From positions 64,395,742-64,459,741 of the forward strand of contig NC_068988.1 of NCBI RefSeq assembly GCF_001194135.2: a stretch of 64,000 nucleotides of DNA, written 5' to 3'. Under the pieces are notes generated by a model that did no database searches, was not told the origin of the DNA, and saw nothing but the letters and a program-made list of their open reading frames with translations. The translations under genes and the position numbers were made by a program. This DNA comes from Octopus bimaculoides. Taxonomy: Eukaryota. Positions 62,899 to 64,000 of this stretch are shown here, piece after piece (the first letter of the stretch is position 1; each line of letters starts with the position of its first letter).

Positions 62899-64000
62899 NN
62901 NNNNNNNNNNNNNNNNNNNNNNNNNNNNNNNNNNNNNNNNNNNNNNNNNNNNNNNNNNNNNNNNNNNNNNNNNNNNNNNNNNNNNNNNNNNNNNNNNNNN
63001 NNNNNNNNNNNNNNNNNNNNNNNNNNNNNNNNNNNNNNNNNNNNNNNNNNNNNNNNNNNNNNNNNNNNNNNNNNNNNNNNNNNNNNNNNNNNNNNNNNNN
63101 NNNNNNNNNNNNNNNNNNNNNNNNNNNNNNNNNNNNNNNNNNNNNNNNNNNNNNNNNNNNNNNNNNNNNNNNNNNNNNNNNNNNNNNNNNNNNNNNNNNN
63201 NNNNNNNNNNNNNNNNNNNNNNNNNNNNNNNNNNNNNNNNNNNNNNNNNNNNNNNNNNNNNNNNNNNNNNNNNNNNNNNNNNNNNNNNNNNNNNNNNNNN
63301 NNNNNNNNNNNNNNNNNNNNNNNNNNNNNNNNNNNNNNNNNNNNNNNNNNNNNNNNNNNNNNNNNNNNNNNNNNNNNNNNNNNNNNNNNNNNNNNNNNNN
63401 NNNNNNNNNNNNNNNNNNNNNNNNNNNNNNNNNNNNNNNNNNTATATATATAAGAACAGTGCAGTTTGAGAAAAGTATTGTGTGATATTAGATTAAAAGA
63501 AAAAAAACTTCAAGATGAATCAATGCCAAAATGACATACAAAAGTGAAAACAGAGCAACAGTAGAAATATTATCATGTCTGTGTGTGATTTAAATTGCAT
63601 GACTTGTAACCATTATTTAGAATTCTATATGTACTCTTATATATCAAACGAGAAAACTGAGAAGAGAACTCGTATTATAAGTCCAAGTTTCCTTTCACTA
63701 GTCTCCATAGATAGAAAGAACACAGAGGTTAAATAGATAGACAGATAGATAGATAGATAGATAGATATGCAAAAATACATACACACACATATATGTATTG
63801 TATATCTATGTATCGTCTGTCTATGTGTGTGTGTATGTCTGTAAACGAAAGAACACTATCCACATCATCTCACAATTTTTTTGTTTCTTTCTTTTGTACA
63901 ATGAAAGCAAAATAAAATCAGTTGTAAATTGTCTACGCTTTTTAACGTAATTATTCTACCACCAGAACAGAAACAGTCATTCTCAAACCGGAAGAGAACT

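Overview
AT-rich eukaryotic non-coding DNA, very dense in microsatellites, with 19 N-gaps (about 8 kb in total, most abutting simple repeats). I found no host protein-coding exon, RNA gene or CRISPR array that I can support. The long ORFs in the track are artefacts of microsatellites and N runs. The SINE families and repeat landscape look like an octopus (coleoid cephalopod) genome; that is inference from recalled repeat sequences, not a database result. Content: (i) more than 30 copies or fragments of tRNA-derived SINEs in at least three families (here A, B, C), plus an unclassified family F; (ii) hAT-type MITEs with TIRs and 8-bp TSDs and a mariner-like end; (iii) decayed autonomous elements recognisable only by frame-hopping translation: a Chapaev-like (CMC) transposase, three restriction-like-endonuclease non-LTR relics (HERO-like, CRE-like, R4/Dong-like), two RTE 3' ends, a CR1-like RT and Penelope-like fragments; (iv) several minimal hammerhead-ribozyme-like motifs of the type carried by Penelope-like elements. 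Family names come from recalled motifs and need Dfam/Repbase confirmation. I see no evidence of a new intact gene system; the best leads are the hammerhead-like motifs, the TE relics and inverted SINE pairs.
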